Assembly (NCBI GenBank): GCA_045543435.1
Contig: JAZQMJ010000316.1
Location: forward strand, 1-33,604
Source: Mailhella sp.
Lineage (GTDB): Bacteria; Desulfobacterota; Desulfovibrionia; Desulfovibrionales; Desulfovibrionaceae
Length of the DNA stretch: 33,604 nt
Direction of reading: 5' to 3'
Under the pieces are notes generated by a model. It searched no databases. It was not told the DNA's origin and was given only the letters and a program-made list of their open reading frames with translations. How positions within the stretch are numbered: position 1 is the first letter of the stretch; each line of letters starts with the position of its first letter. This document shows positions 1 through 7,794 of this stretch, piece by piece. The position numbers were made by a program, and so were the translations under genes.

Positions 1-1659
1 CCAGCTCACGAGGGAACTGCCGTCCCACTTGGAGTCGGCGCCGTCGAGCACAACGTTGACATCGGCGTCAACAGGAGTGCGGCTGTTGGAAGCCCAGTTG
101 AAGTTGATGTCGCCGTCGAGCTGAGTGGTCTTGCCCTCAGCGCCGATGTTGACTTCGGCAGAGGCGTTGCCGCGGGCGAGGATGACGTTCTTGGCAGAGG
201 CCTTGACGTTGCCCTTGAGGTTGAGCACGCCTTCGCTCATGGCGACGATGGCAGAGCCGGTGTCGCCAGCGACAGTCACGTCGATATTTTCAGCTTCGAT
301 ATTGAGCTGGGCGCCATTGTTTTCGCCGGTGGCGGTGGCGTTCTGGGCGAGGATGCCGTAGGCGATGCCGTCGGCGTTGGCGGCGTCCACATTGACGGTG
401 AAGTTCTTGGCCTTGATGTTGACGGCAGTGCCGGTTTCCTTGGCCTGAACGGCAACGACATCATAGGCGTCGGCATCGCCGGTGACGGAAATGGTCACGT
501 CGGAGGAGGCGTCGCCGATGTTCATGGTGCTGCCGCCGATGGCGCGGAGGCCGCGGACCACGTCAGAGCCGGAAGCGGTCACGTCGAGGCCGCCGTTCAC
601 AGTGAGGGTGCTGGTGCCGGTGGTTTCAACGGCCATGCCAGTGGCGGTGATGGAGGTGGTGGGGGCGGTGAAGTTAGTAGAACCACCGGTAAGCTTGACA
701 TTGCCGTTGACGATAATCTCTTTGCCACTTTCAAGCGCCAGCTGGCCACCGCTGACAGAAATGGCACCAGTTTCATTTTGGGTGTTGTCGGTGATGGTGA
801 GCTTTTCAGCGGCAGTTATGGTCGCGGTGCCACCTTTCACACCGAGTACGAAAGGATGGCTGGCTTTGGTACCATTGCCGGTGAAAGAAATGGTGCCGCC
901 CTCAATGGTGGTTTTGCCAGCTTCTTGGCGGAGGGCAGATCTCGATTCGCTTATGAAGTCAAGAGTGCTGGCGGCGTTGCCTATGATAGTCAGAGTGTTG
1001 TCGCCGCCCATGTTACGGAGAGCGTGGCCTTCTTTTCCACCCGTGACGGAGAGCTGGTTGAAATCAGAAATCTTTATGGTTTCGCCAGTATTACCAGTCA
1101 TGGAGATGGCGGTGGCGAGAGATTTGATGGAGATGATATCGGCCTTGATATCTTTCACTGCGGCAGGGCAGTAGGAGTCGCCAGTTGCATAAATACCTGC
1201 GGCATCTCCTTTGACTTCAATATGAAGTTCTTTAACGTCAACAGTATGGTTGCCATAGGCAATACCAGTAGTCATTTTTTCGCCAGTGATATTAAGAACA
1301 CCTTCACCGATGACGGAGCTGGTGCCATAATGGCCGATTACACCATTAATAGTTGAATTCTCGTCGGAAATCATATTAAGGGTCTGACCAGCAGAAAGCT
1401 CGATTTTGCCAGATTTCAGAATCGTGCCAGTAGTGCTTTCTTTTATAGTAACAGTGTCAGAGCCAAGAGTATAAGTAGCTCCATCGGTAATATGGATGTT
1501 GTCGCCATCAGTTAAAACGCCAGCACCAGCCATGCCCGCGCCGCCAAGCACGAGCATAGAGGCCACGGCGAGAGAGCCGAAGGTATTGATGAGATTGCAC
1601 TTCTTGAGGACCGCTCTGTAGCGGTTCACAAGATTGCCGATTGCACCCTTAGTGAGCAT
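1..1659 (-). CDS. Autotransporter/large secreted beta-helical surface protein, 5' part only (runs off the left edge)
   Basis: Not in the ORF track. Manual translation from ATG at 1659 (AAGGAG RBS at 1666-1671) is open to base 1 (553 codons): MLTKGAIGNLVNRYRAVLKKCNLINTFGSLAVASMLVLGGAGMAGA-GVLTDGDNIHITDG... This is an extended signal peptide followed by a G/T/N/S/V-rich beta-strand passenger. The beta-barrel is not in the window. Confidence 0.85.
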   Translation of the reverse strand, partial: MLTKGAIGNLVNRYRAVLKKCNLINTFGSLAVASMLVLGGAGMAGAGVLTDGDNIHITDGATYTLGSDTVTIKESTTGTILKSGKIELSAGQTLNMISDENSTINGVIGHYGTSSVIGEGVLNITGEKMTTGIAYGNHTVDVKELHIEVKGDAAGIYATGDSYCPAAVKDIKADIISIKSLATAISMTGNTGETIKISDFNQLSVTGGKEGHALRNMGGDNTLTIIGNAASTLDFISESRSALRQEAGKTTIEGGTISFTGNGTKASHPFVLGVKGGTATITAAEKLTITDNTQNETGAISVSGGQLALESGKEIIVNGNVKLTGGSTNFTAPTTSITATGMAVETTGTSTLTVNGGLDVTASGSDVVRGLRAIGGSTMNIGDASSDVTISVTGDADAYDVVAVQAKETGTAVNIKAKNFTVNVDAANADGIAYGILAQNATATGENNGAQLNIEAENIDVTVAGDTGSAIVAMSEGVLNLKGNVKASAKNVILARGNASAEVNIGAEGKTTQLDGDINFNWASNSRTPVDADVNVVLDGADSKWDGSSLVSW

Positions 1660-1679
1660 AGCACACTCCTTAAATAAAG

Positions 1680-1730
1680 TTTAATCACAGGATTAAAGCG
1701 TATTACTTTTCAATATACTGAAAATAATAC
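1680..1730. promoter_or_regulatory. Two adjacent palindromes in the AT-rich divergent intergenic region (candidate operators)
   Basis: TTTAATC-acag-GATTAAA (1680-1697) and GTATTAcTTTTCA-atatac-TGAAAATAATAC (1700-1730), just upstream of the autotransporter RBS. Confidence 0.4.
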
Positions 1731-1863
1731 ACTTTTATATTTTTACCTAACGGATATCATCACACTTACATTAATTTTAATTTAAAGCAAGCTTGTATTA
1801 AAACACATATTCCAAGTTCCCTCCATTTCCATGAAGTTCGTAGGATACGAGAAGGAATGGAAA

Positions 1864-2214
1864 ATGCCGGCAAAAAAACCTCAAAGACTTGCCCGAGTAC
1901 TAGGGGCCAATATCGCGCGCCGTCGCCATCTGTTAGGGATGAGCCAGGCAGAACTTGCGGAAAAGCTGGATATCGCCCCGGATGTGATGTCTCGCGTAGA
2001 AAACGGCCACATAACACCACGCTTCGCCCGCCTTGAACTTATTGCAACGCTGCTTTGCTGTTCAGCCTCCGATCTTTTCCGTGAACCTTCTGAGAATACA
2101 TCTTCCAATGCGGAAACGCTGGCGGCCCTCATCCATCCCCTGCCCCCAGCCAAGCAGGAGGAAGTCATCTCGCTCATTGCCCAGCTTGTTCTCGTACTAA
2201 GGGATAAATCGTAG
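1864..2214 (+). CDS. XRE/Cro-CI family helix-turn-helix transcriptional regulator
   Basis: LGANIARRRHLLGMSQAELAEKLDIAPDVMSRVENG is a typical HTH_3 motif. Start placed at ATG 1864 after GAAGGA; the ORF track uses 1831. Confidence 0.88.
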   Translation: MPAKKPQRLARVLGANIARRRHLLGMSQAELAEKLDIAPDVMSRVENGHITPRFARLELIATLLCCSASDLFREPSENTSSNAETLAALIHPLPPAKQEEVISLIAQLVLVLRDKS

Positions 2215-2221
2215 AAAACAC

Positions 2222-2251
2222 AAAAGCCCTGCCGTTACAGCAGGGCTTTTT
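2222..2251. terminator. Bidirectional intrinsic terminator
   Basis: AAAAGCCCTGC-cgttaca-GCAGGGCTTTTT between the convergent XRE and fhs genes. Confidence 0.8.
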
Positions 2252-2320
2252 CCTTTAAAAAAGCAAAGGGCCTTTTCGGCCCTTCACTCAATTAAAAAGC
2301 TTTGAAAGATGGGAGGAGGC

Positions 2321-2368
2321 GCGGGGGAGGGAAGGAAACTTTCGAGAAAGTTTCCTTCCCTCCCCCGC
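2321..2368. repeat. REP-like extragenic palindrome (perfect copy)
   Basis: GCGGGGGAGGGAAGGAAACTTT-cgag-AAAGTTTCCTTCCCTCCCCCGC, 22-bp perfect arms. Related copies lie at ~5210 and ~33558. Confidence 0.75.
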
Positions 2369-2381
2369 AAAAAACTCTCTC

Positions 2382-4157
2382 TTAGAACACGCCGCTGACC
2401 TTGCCGGTCTCGACGTCGACGTCCACGCGGCGGAAGGCGGGGTTAGCGCCGGTGCCGGGCATGAGGGAGATGGTGCCGGAGACGGGCACCACGAAGCCTG
2501 CGCCGCCGTAGATGAGCACGTCGCGCACCTTGAGGCGCCAGCCGGTGGGAGCGCCCTTGAGGCTGGGATTGTCGGAGAAGGAGTACTGGGTCTTGGCCAT
2601 GCAGAGGCCGAGTTCGTTGGCGTCGTCACGCTGCTGGATGGTAGCGAGCTTGGCTTCGGCTTCGGCGGAGAAGTCCACGCCGTCGGCGCCGTACACTTCC
2701 TTGGCCACCAGTTCGATGCGTTCCTTGAAAGGCATGGACCAGTCGTACAGGGGCTTGAACTCGGTCTTTTCCTCGCAGGCGTCCATAACGGCGTCGGCCA
2801 GTTCCAGAGCGCCCTTGCCGCCGTGTTCCCAATGGGTGGAGGTAGCCACGCGAGCGCCGGCGGCTTCGCAGATCTCACGAATCTTGGCGATCTCGGCGGG
2901 GGTATCGGTCACGAAGGAGTTGATGCACACCACGGGGGACACGCCGGACTTCTTCACGTTCTCGATGTGGCGGATGAGGTTGCAGCAGCCGGCTTCCACA
3001 TAGCCCACGTTCTCGGTGGAGTACTCTTCGGGGAGGGGACGGCCGGGCACGGGAGTGGGAGCGCCGCCGTGGCTCTTGAGGGCGCGCACGGTGGCCACGA
3101 TGACGGCGGCATCGGGGGTGAGGCCGCTGTAGTGGCACTTGAGGTTCCAGAACTTTTCGTAGCCGATGTCGGCGCCGAAGCCGGATTCAGTGACGAGGTA
3201 GTCGCAGAGCTTGAGGCCGATGCGGTCGGCGATGACGGAGCTCTGGCCGAGGGCGATGTTGGCGAAGGGGCCGGCATGCACGAAGACGGGCTGGCCTTCG
3301 ATGGTCTGGATGAGGTTGGGGTTGAGGGCTTCCACCATCCAGGCGGTCATGGCGCCATCGACTTCGAGGTCGGCGGTGGTCACGGGCTTGCCGTTGCGGT
3401 CGTAGGCGACGATGATCTTGCCCATGCGGCGGCGCATGTCGGCGAGGTCGCTGGACACGGCGAGGATGGCCATGACTTCACTGCCCACGGCGATGTCGAA
3501 GCGGGAACGCATCATGAAGCCGTCGAACTTGCCGTTCACGCCGTCCATGCCGATGATGATATTGCGGAGGGCCTGGCAGCAGAAGTCCATGACCCAGCCC
3601 ATGTTCACGTTGGTGGGGTCGATGTTCAGCTTGGGCATCTTGGACAGGGTCATGATGCGTTCGTCGCTGTTGTTGCGCTCATGCTGCATGCGCGAGGTGA
3701 GGGCCACCATGGCGAGGTTGTGGGCGTTGGTCACGGCGTTGATGTCGCCGGTGAAGCCGAGGGAATACTGGGTGAGCGGGATGCACTGGGAAAGGCCGCC
3801 GCCTGCGGCAGAGCCCTTCATGCCCATGGTGGGGCCGCCGGAAGGCTGGCGGATGGCGGCGGCGGCAAGCTTGCCGCGCAGGCCGAGGCCCTGCACCAGA
3901 CCGATGGTGGTGGTGGACTTGCCTTCGCCCAGAGGAGTGGGGGTGATGGCGGTGACGTCGATGTACTTGCCGTTGGGCTTGTCGGCCAGACGCTTCAGCA
4001 CGGCGCGGTAGTCGATCTTGCCCATGTAGTGGCCGTAAGGAAGCAGTTCGCTTTCTTCAAGGCCCAGCTCCTTGCCGAGCTGATAGACGGTCTTCATGGT
4101 TTTTTCGGCATCCTGGGCGATTTCCCAGTCCGCATGCTTCTTAGGATCGAGAGCCAT
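2382..4157 (-). CDS. fhs: Formate--tetrahydrofolate ligase
   Basis: TAITPTPLGEGKSTT P-loop, RQPSGGPTMGMKG, VHAGPFANIA, VTESGFGADIG, CMAKTQYSFS, MPG C-terminus. AAGGAG RBS. Confidence 0.97.
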   Translation of the reverse strand: MALDPKKHADWEIAQDAEKTMKTVYQLGKELGLEESELLPYGHYMGKIDYRAVLKRLADKPNGKYIDVTAITPTPLGEGKSTTTIGLVQGLGLRGKLAAAAIRQPSGGPTMGMKGSAAGGGLSQCIPLTQYSLGFTGDINAVTNAHNLAMVALTSRMQHERNNSDERIMTLSKMPKLNIDPTNVNMGWVMDFCCQALRNIIIGMDGVNGKFDGFMMRSRFDIAVGSEVMAILAVSSDLADMRRRMGKIIVAYDRNGKPVTTADLEVDGAMTAWMVEALNPNLIQTIEGQPVFVHAGPFANIALGQSSVIADRIGLKLCDYLVTESGFGADIGYEKFWNLKCHYSGLTPDAAVIVATVRALKSHGGAPTPVPGRPLPEEYSTENVGYVEAGCCNLIRHIENVKKSGVSPVVCINSFVTDTPAEIAKIREICEAAGARVATSTHWEHGGKGALELADAVMDACEEKTEFKPLYDWSMPFKERIELVAKEVYGADGVDFSAEAEAKLATIQQRDDANELGLCMAKTQYSFSDNPSLKGAPTGWRLKVRDVLIYGGAGFVVPVSGTISLMPGTGANPAFRRVDVDVETGKVSGVF

Positions 4158-4339
4158 ATCCTTACTCCTTAAGAGGTTGTGGTGCGAACATTAATCAATG
4201 CGCAAGTATAGAACGGCAATCCTTTCTGCACAAGAGGGGGAAGCCCATCCACAAAAATAATACCTTGTTGCAAGCTCTGTGCGTAAAGGATACTTTCGCG
4301 GCAGATATCAAGAGGCGCATGCGCGCCGGAGGGGAACAT

Positions 4340-5203
4340 ATGAAAGCAAGCACCAGACAGCTCATCGAGCAGATGCAGGTCAACGAGAAGACCGACAGCG
4401 AGATATACCGCATCCTTGCCAAGCGCATCAAAGGCGAGAACGGCGAGATACTCCGCCAGATGGCCGAGGAAGAGGCCGCGCACTGCGCCGTGTGGGGCCG
4501 CTATACCGCCAAGTCCTGCCTGCCGAACAAGTGGAAGGTGTGGCTCTACGTTGCCATGGGCTGGGTCTTCGGCCTGACCTTCGTCATCAACCTGCTGGAA
4601 TTCGGTGAAGACAAGGCCGGCAGCCGCTACTCCGACATCATAGACGAAGTGCCCGAAGCCAAGTACCTCATGGAAGAAGAGCGCAAGCACGAAGAACAGC
4701 TCGCCGCCATGATAGACGAGGAAAAGCTGAAGTATATCGGCAGTATGGTGCTCGGCCTCAACGACGCCCTCGTGGAGCTCACCGGCGCGCTCGCAGGCTT
4801 CACCCTCGCCCTCGGCAACAACGCCACCGTGGGCCTCGCCGGCTTCATCACCGGCGTTTCCGCCACGCTCTCCATGGCCGCTTCGGAATACCTTTCCAAG
4901 AAGGCCGACCCCTATGAGAAGCACCCCTTCAAGGCCGCCGTCTATACCGGCATTGCCTACCTCATCACCGTGGCCTTCCTGCTCCTGCCCTACACCATGT
5001 TCTCCTCGCCCTTCCTCGCGCTGGGCTTCTGCCTCTTCAACGCCGCCTGCATCATCGCGGCCTTCACCTTCTTCGTCTCCGTGGTGCGCCGCGAAAGCTT
5101 CCGCCCGCAGTTCACGGAAATGATATGCATCAGCTTCGGCGTGGCCGCCGTCTCCTTCCTCATCGGCTGGGCCGCCAAGACCTGGATAGGGATAGAGATG
5201 TAG
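4340..5203 (+). CDS. VIT1/CCC1 family iron/manganese transporter with N-terminal rubrerythrin/ferritin-like domain
   Basis: Two ExxH motifs (EEAAH, EERKH), then the VIT1 signatures VLGLNDALVE and LSMAASEYLS with TM helices. ATG 4340 follows GGAGGGG. Confidence 0.88.
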   Translation: MKASTRQLIEQMQVNEKTDSEIYRILAKRIKGENGEILRQMAEEEAAHCAVWGRYTAKSCLPNKWKVWLYVAMGWVFGLTFVINLLEFGEDKAGSRYSDIIDEVPEAKYLMEEERKHEEQLAAMIDEEKLKYIGSMVLGLNDALVELTGALAGFTLALGNNATVGLAGFITGVSATLSMAASEYLSKKADPYEKHPFKAAVYTGIAYLITVAFLLLPYTMFSSPFLALGFCLFNAACIIAAFTFFVSVVRRESFRPQFTEMICISFGVAAVSFLIGWAAKTWIGIEM

Positions 5204-5209
5204 TTTTCT

Positions 5210-5250
5210 GGGGAAGGGGAAAGGAAACTTTTGAAAAAGTGTTCCTTTCC
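5210..5250. repeat. REP-like palindrome, degenerate copy
   Basis: GGGGAAGGGGAAAGGAAACTTTT-ga-AAAAGTGTTCCTTTCC has the same core as 2321-2368, with a decayed right arm. Confidence 0.55.
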
Positions 5251-5302
5251 TGCTCTTCGCCACCATAGACACATTCAAAGCCTGTTATCATGGAGAACAC
5301 TA

Positions 5303-6433
5303 ATGGCCGCGACTAATACGCTCCTGACAAAGGAAAGAGACTCCAATCTTGAGCTTCTTAGAATTTTAGCGATGTTACTTATAGTGGCAAGTCATTTTTC
5401 ATTTCATGGAGGAATGCCTCTTAATCAGGCCTCTTATCCATTAACAATAAATCTATTTTTTGCACAGATTCTTAGCAGTGGTGGCAAACTTGGTGTTAAT
5501 ATTTTTGTTCTCATTTCCGGTTATTTTCTTGCGACTCGCACGGTAAAGGTTACAAATCTGATTAGACTATGGTTGAGCACATTTTTTTATAGTATTATAA
5601 TTTTTGCCGTTTTTGTATCTACTGGAAAAGTAAATTTTTCTGTTAGTGGACTAGCAAAAGCTTTTTTTCCAATCACAGCAAATCAATATTGGTTTGTAAG
5701 CTGTTTTTTCACCTTGATGCTTCTCAGTCCATTTCTGAGTTTTTCTATCATAAAGCTTGGAAGAAAGAGAGTTGAGCTTCTTCTTTTGACTACCGGAATC
5801 ATATGGTCTTTCATTCCAACATTACTTTATTTTATTGGATATTATAAAAGCATTTTCTACTTTTCTAGTCTTTTGTGGTTTATGTTTTTATTTATACTTG
5901 CTTCGTATATACGATTGTACATTCCTGAAAATATCCTAAATATCAGCAAACTAACGTTCATTATTTGTATTAGTAGCTCTGCAATACTTCTTTGGATTTT
6001 GGGCTGTGATGTGCTAGCCAGGCATGGCTTTCAAGAATGGAGCTGGTCTAGCTGGCATTCTATGAATAGCTTTATCATAGTAATCATTTCCGTCTCACTA
6101 CTTCTTTTGTTCCGACAGCTTCAAATAGGTTCTCGCAGATGGATTAATCAATTTGCAGCATGCATGTTCGGAGTGTATCTTATCCATGACAATAAGCTTA
6201 TTCGTCCATGGCTATGGAAAAAAGTCTGCCATGTCGCAGATCATCTTGACAGACCTGAATTTATAGCATGGTCCATTGTAACAATAATAGCAGTATTTTT
6301 TTCGTGTACATTGATAGAGTTTTTACGTCTTCGCATCATGGACAATTTGACAACTCGCATACTCACCCCTCTAAAGAAATGGGATGACAAGCTTGATCTT
6401 CTAATAAAAGAAAAATCAACCAATCATGGATGA
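5303..6433 (+). CDS. Acyltransferase family 3 (OafA-like integral membrane O-acyltransferase)
   Basis: RDSNLELLRILAMLLIVASH, GVNIFVLISGYF, YWFV and FGVYLIHDN motifs with about 10 hydrophobic segments. ATG 5303 follows GGAG. Markedly AT-rich compared with its neighbours. Confidence 0.88.
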   Translation: MAATNTLLTKERDSNLELLRILAMLLIVASHFSFHGGMPLNQASYPLTINLFFAQILSSGGKLGVNIFVLISGYFLATRTVKVTNLIRLWLSTFFYSIIIFAVFVSTGKVNFSVSGLAKAFFPITANQYWFVSCFFTLMLLSPFLSFSIIKLGRKRVELLLLTTGIIWSFIPTLLYFIGYYKSIFYFSSLLWFMFLFILASYIRLYIPENILNISKLTFIICISSSAILLWILGCDVLARHGFQEWSWSSWHSMNSFIIVIISVSLLLLFRQLQIGSRRWINQFAACMFGVYLIHDNKLIRPWLWKKVCHVADHLDRPEFIAWSIVTIIAVFFSCTLIEFLRLRIMDNLTTRILTPLKKWDDKLDLLIKEKSTNHG

Positions 6434-6478
6434 ACGATAAAATAACGATGGACTCCTAAAGATATACAATTTAAAGCA

Positions 6479-7699
6479 TCACACCAATTCTTCCAAAATA
6501 TCCAGCAGGTGCTCGCTCAGGCCGCCGCCGAACATGGGAGAGCCGAAGAGGGAGGTACGCTGGTCCACGAGGAGTTCGCGGGGGAGCATGGCGGGGCTGG
6601 AATCCGCGAGGGTCTCGGAGAGGCGGCGGGCAAGGAGCCAGCTGCGCGCGCCCTGTTCGAACAGGTCGAAAGATTTCAGGAATTCCTCGCGGCGGGCTTC
6701 CCAGAGACGGGTACGCCTGTCGTCGGGCGTGAAGCCCAGCGTGGTGCAGAGAGCGGCCTTCAGGCTGTTGAACTGCGAACCCGGCACGCCGGAACGCCAG
6801 CCGAGAAGCCACGGGTTGCGCGGGAAGAGCAGGCCGAGCTCGCGGGCCAGTTCCAGCAGGGCTTCAAGGCGCAGGGCGCAGGAAATGAGGTCGGCGTCCT
6901 CCCAGAGTATGGGCAGGGACGAGGGGATGAGAGGAGGCAGGGCGGCCAGCGGGATATCTTCGCCGCTCCACTGGCGCAGGATATGCAGGAACCAGCGGCT
7001 GGCGTGATCCGAGCCGGGCGTGCCGTCGCCGGGAGTTTCGAGATGGCTGTAGCTGAGCAGCCAGCTTCCGCGGCCCATTTCGCCCATGACGGCGCAGGGC
7101 TTGCCATCAAGGATGGAAGGCCGGAGGTTCACGCCGTACATGGAACTCCATTCGGCAAGGATATCGCCGGGCATGGAGGAATACGGCATGTCGGCAACGT
7201 AGAGATCAGGCCCTGCGGCACGATAGCGGGCGAGCACTTCCACGCCCTGCCTGTCGGCAGGCTCGTCGAAGCGGCCCGGCCACCACACGGGCAGGAGTGC
7301 AGGCTTGCCGGAAAGGGAGGCGGGGATGATATCGTTCCCGGAAGAGACTTCGCAGACCAGATGCCCTGAAACGAGGTGCTGCATGCGGTCGGGCATGCCG
7401 TCGCGCTTCCACGGGCAGAGGCCGAGACTGCCGGAGAGAGCGAGCCCCGCGCCGCCGCAGAAGCCCATGTAATGCCCGCCTTCCGCCACGAAGCGGCGTA
7501 TGGCTTCCGTTCCCTGCGCGCCTAAGGCCTCGAATTTGCGCCGCGCAGAGCCTCCGGGCACGATGAGCATCTTGCCTGTCAGGCCGGAATGGGCTATGTC
7601 TAACCCTTTGAGTACACGGAAAGGAATGCCCGTCGCTTTCACGGCGTGCAGAAGCAGATAGCCCCAGATATGGGAAGCGTCCCACAGGATGTTTATCAT
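6479..7699 (-). CDS. BPL-N domain (class I glutamine amidotransferase-like) protein
   Basis: LIVPGGSAR...IRRFVAEGGHYMGFCGGAG nucleophile elbow and SYSHLE. ATG 7699 follows GGAGGG. Confidence 0.75.
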   Translation of the reverse strand: MINILWDASHIWGYLLLHAVKATGIPFRVLKGLDIAHSGLTGKMLIVPGGSARRKFEALGAQGTEAIRRFVAEGGHYMGFCGGAGLALSGSLGLCPWKRDGMPDRMQHLVSGHLVCEVSSGNDIIPASLSGKPALLPVWWPGRFDEPADRQGVEVLARYRAAGPDLYVADMPYSSMPGDILAEWSSMYGVNLRPSILDGKPCAVMGEMGRGSWLLSYSHLETPGDGTPGSDHASRWFLHILRQWSGEDIPLAALPPLIPSSLPILWEDADLISCALRLEALLELARELGLLFPRNPWLLGWRSGVPGSQFNSLKAALCTTLGFTPDDRRTRLWEARREEFLKSFDLFEQGARSWLLARRLSETLADSSPAMLPRELLVDQRTSLFGSPMFGGGLSEHLLDILEELV

Positions 7700-7794
7700 G
7701 TTTTCCCTCCGTGTCCTATGCATACGCACAAGCCGGGACTTCCGCAAGTGAGCGGGGTCATACGGCCGATATTAAACCTACTGGAGCCTAGCAC

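Noticed and set aside
125-1356. Plus-strand ORFs 125-361, 482-1174 and 778-1356
   Set aside because: Antisense to the autotransporter frame, which has the RBS, the signal peptide and coherent composition.
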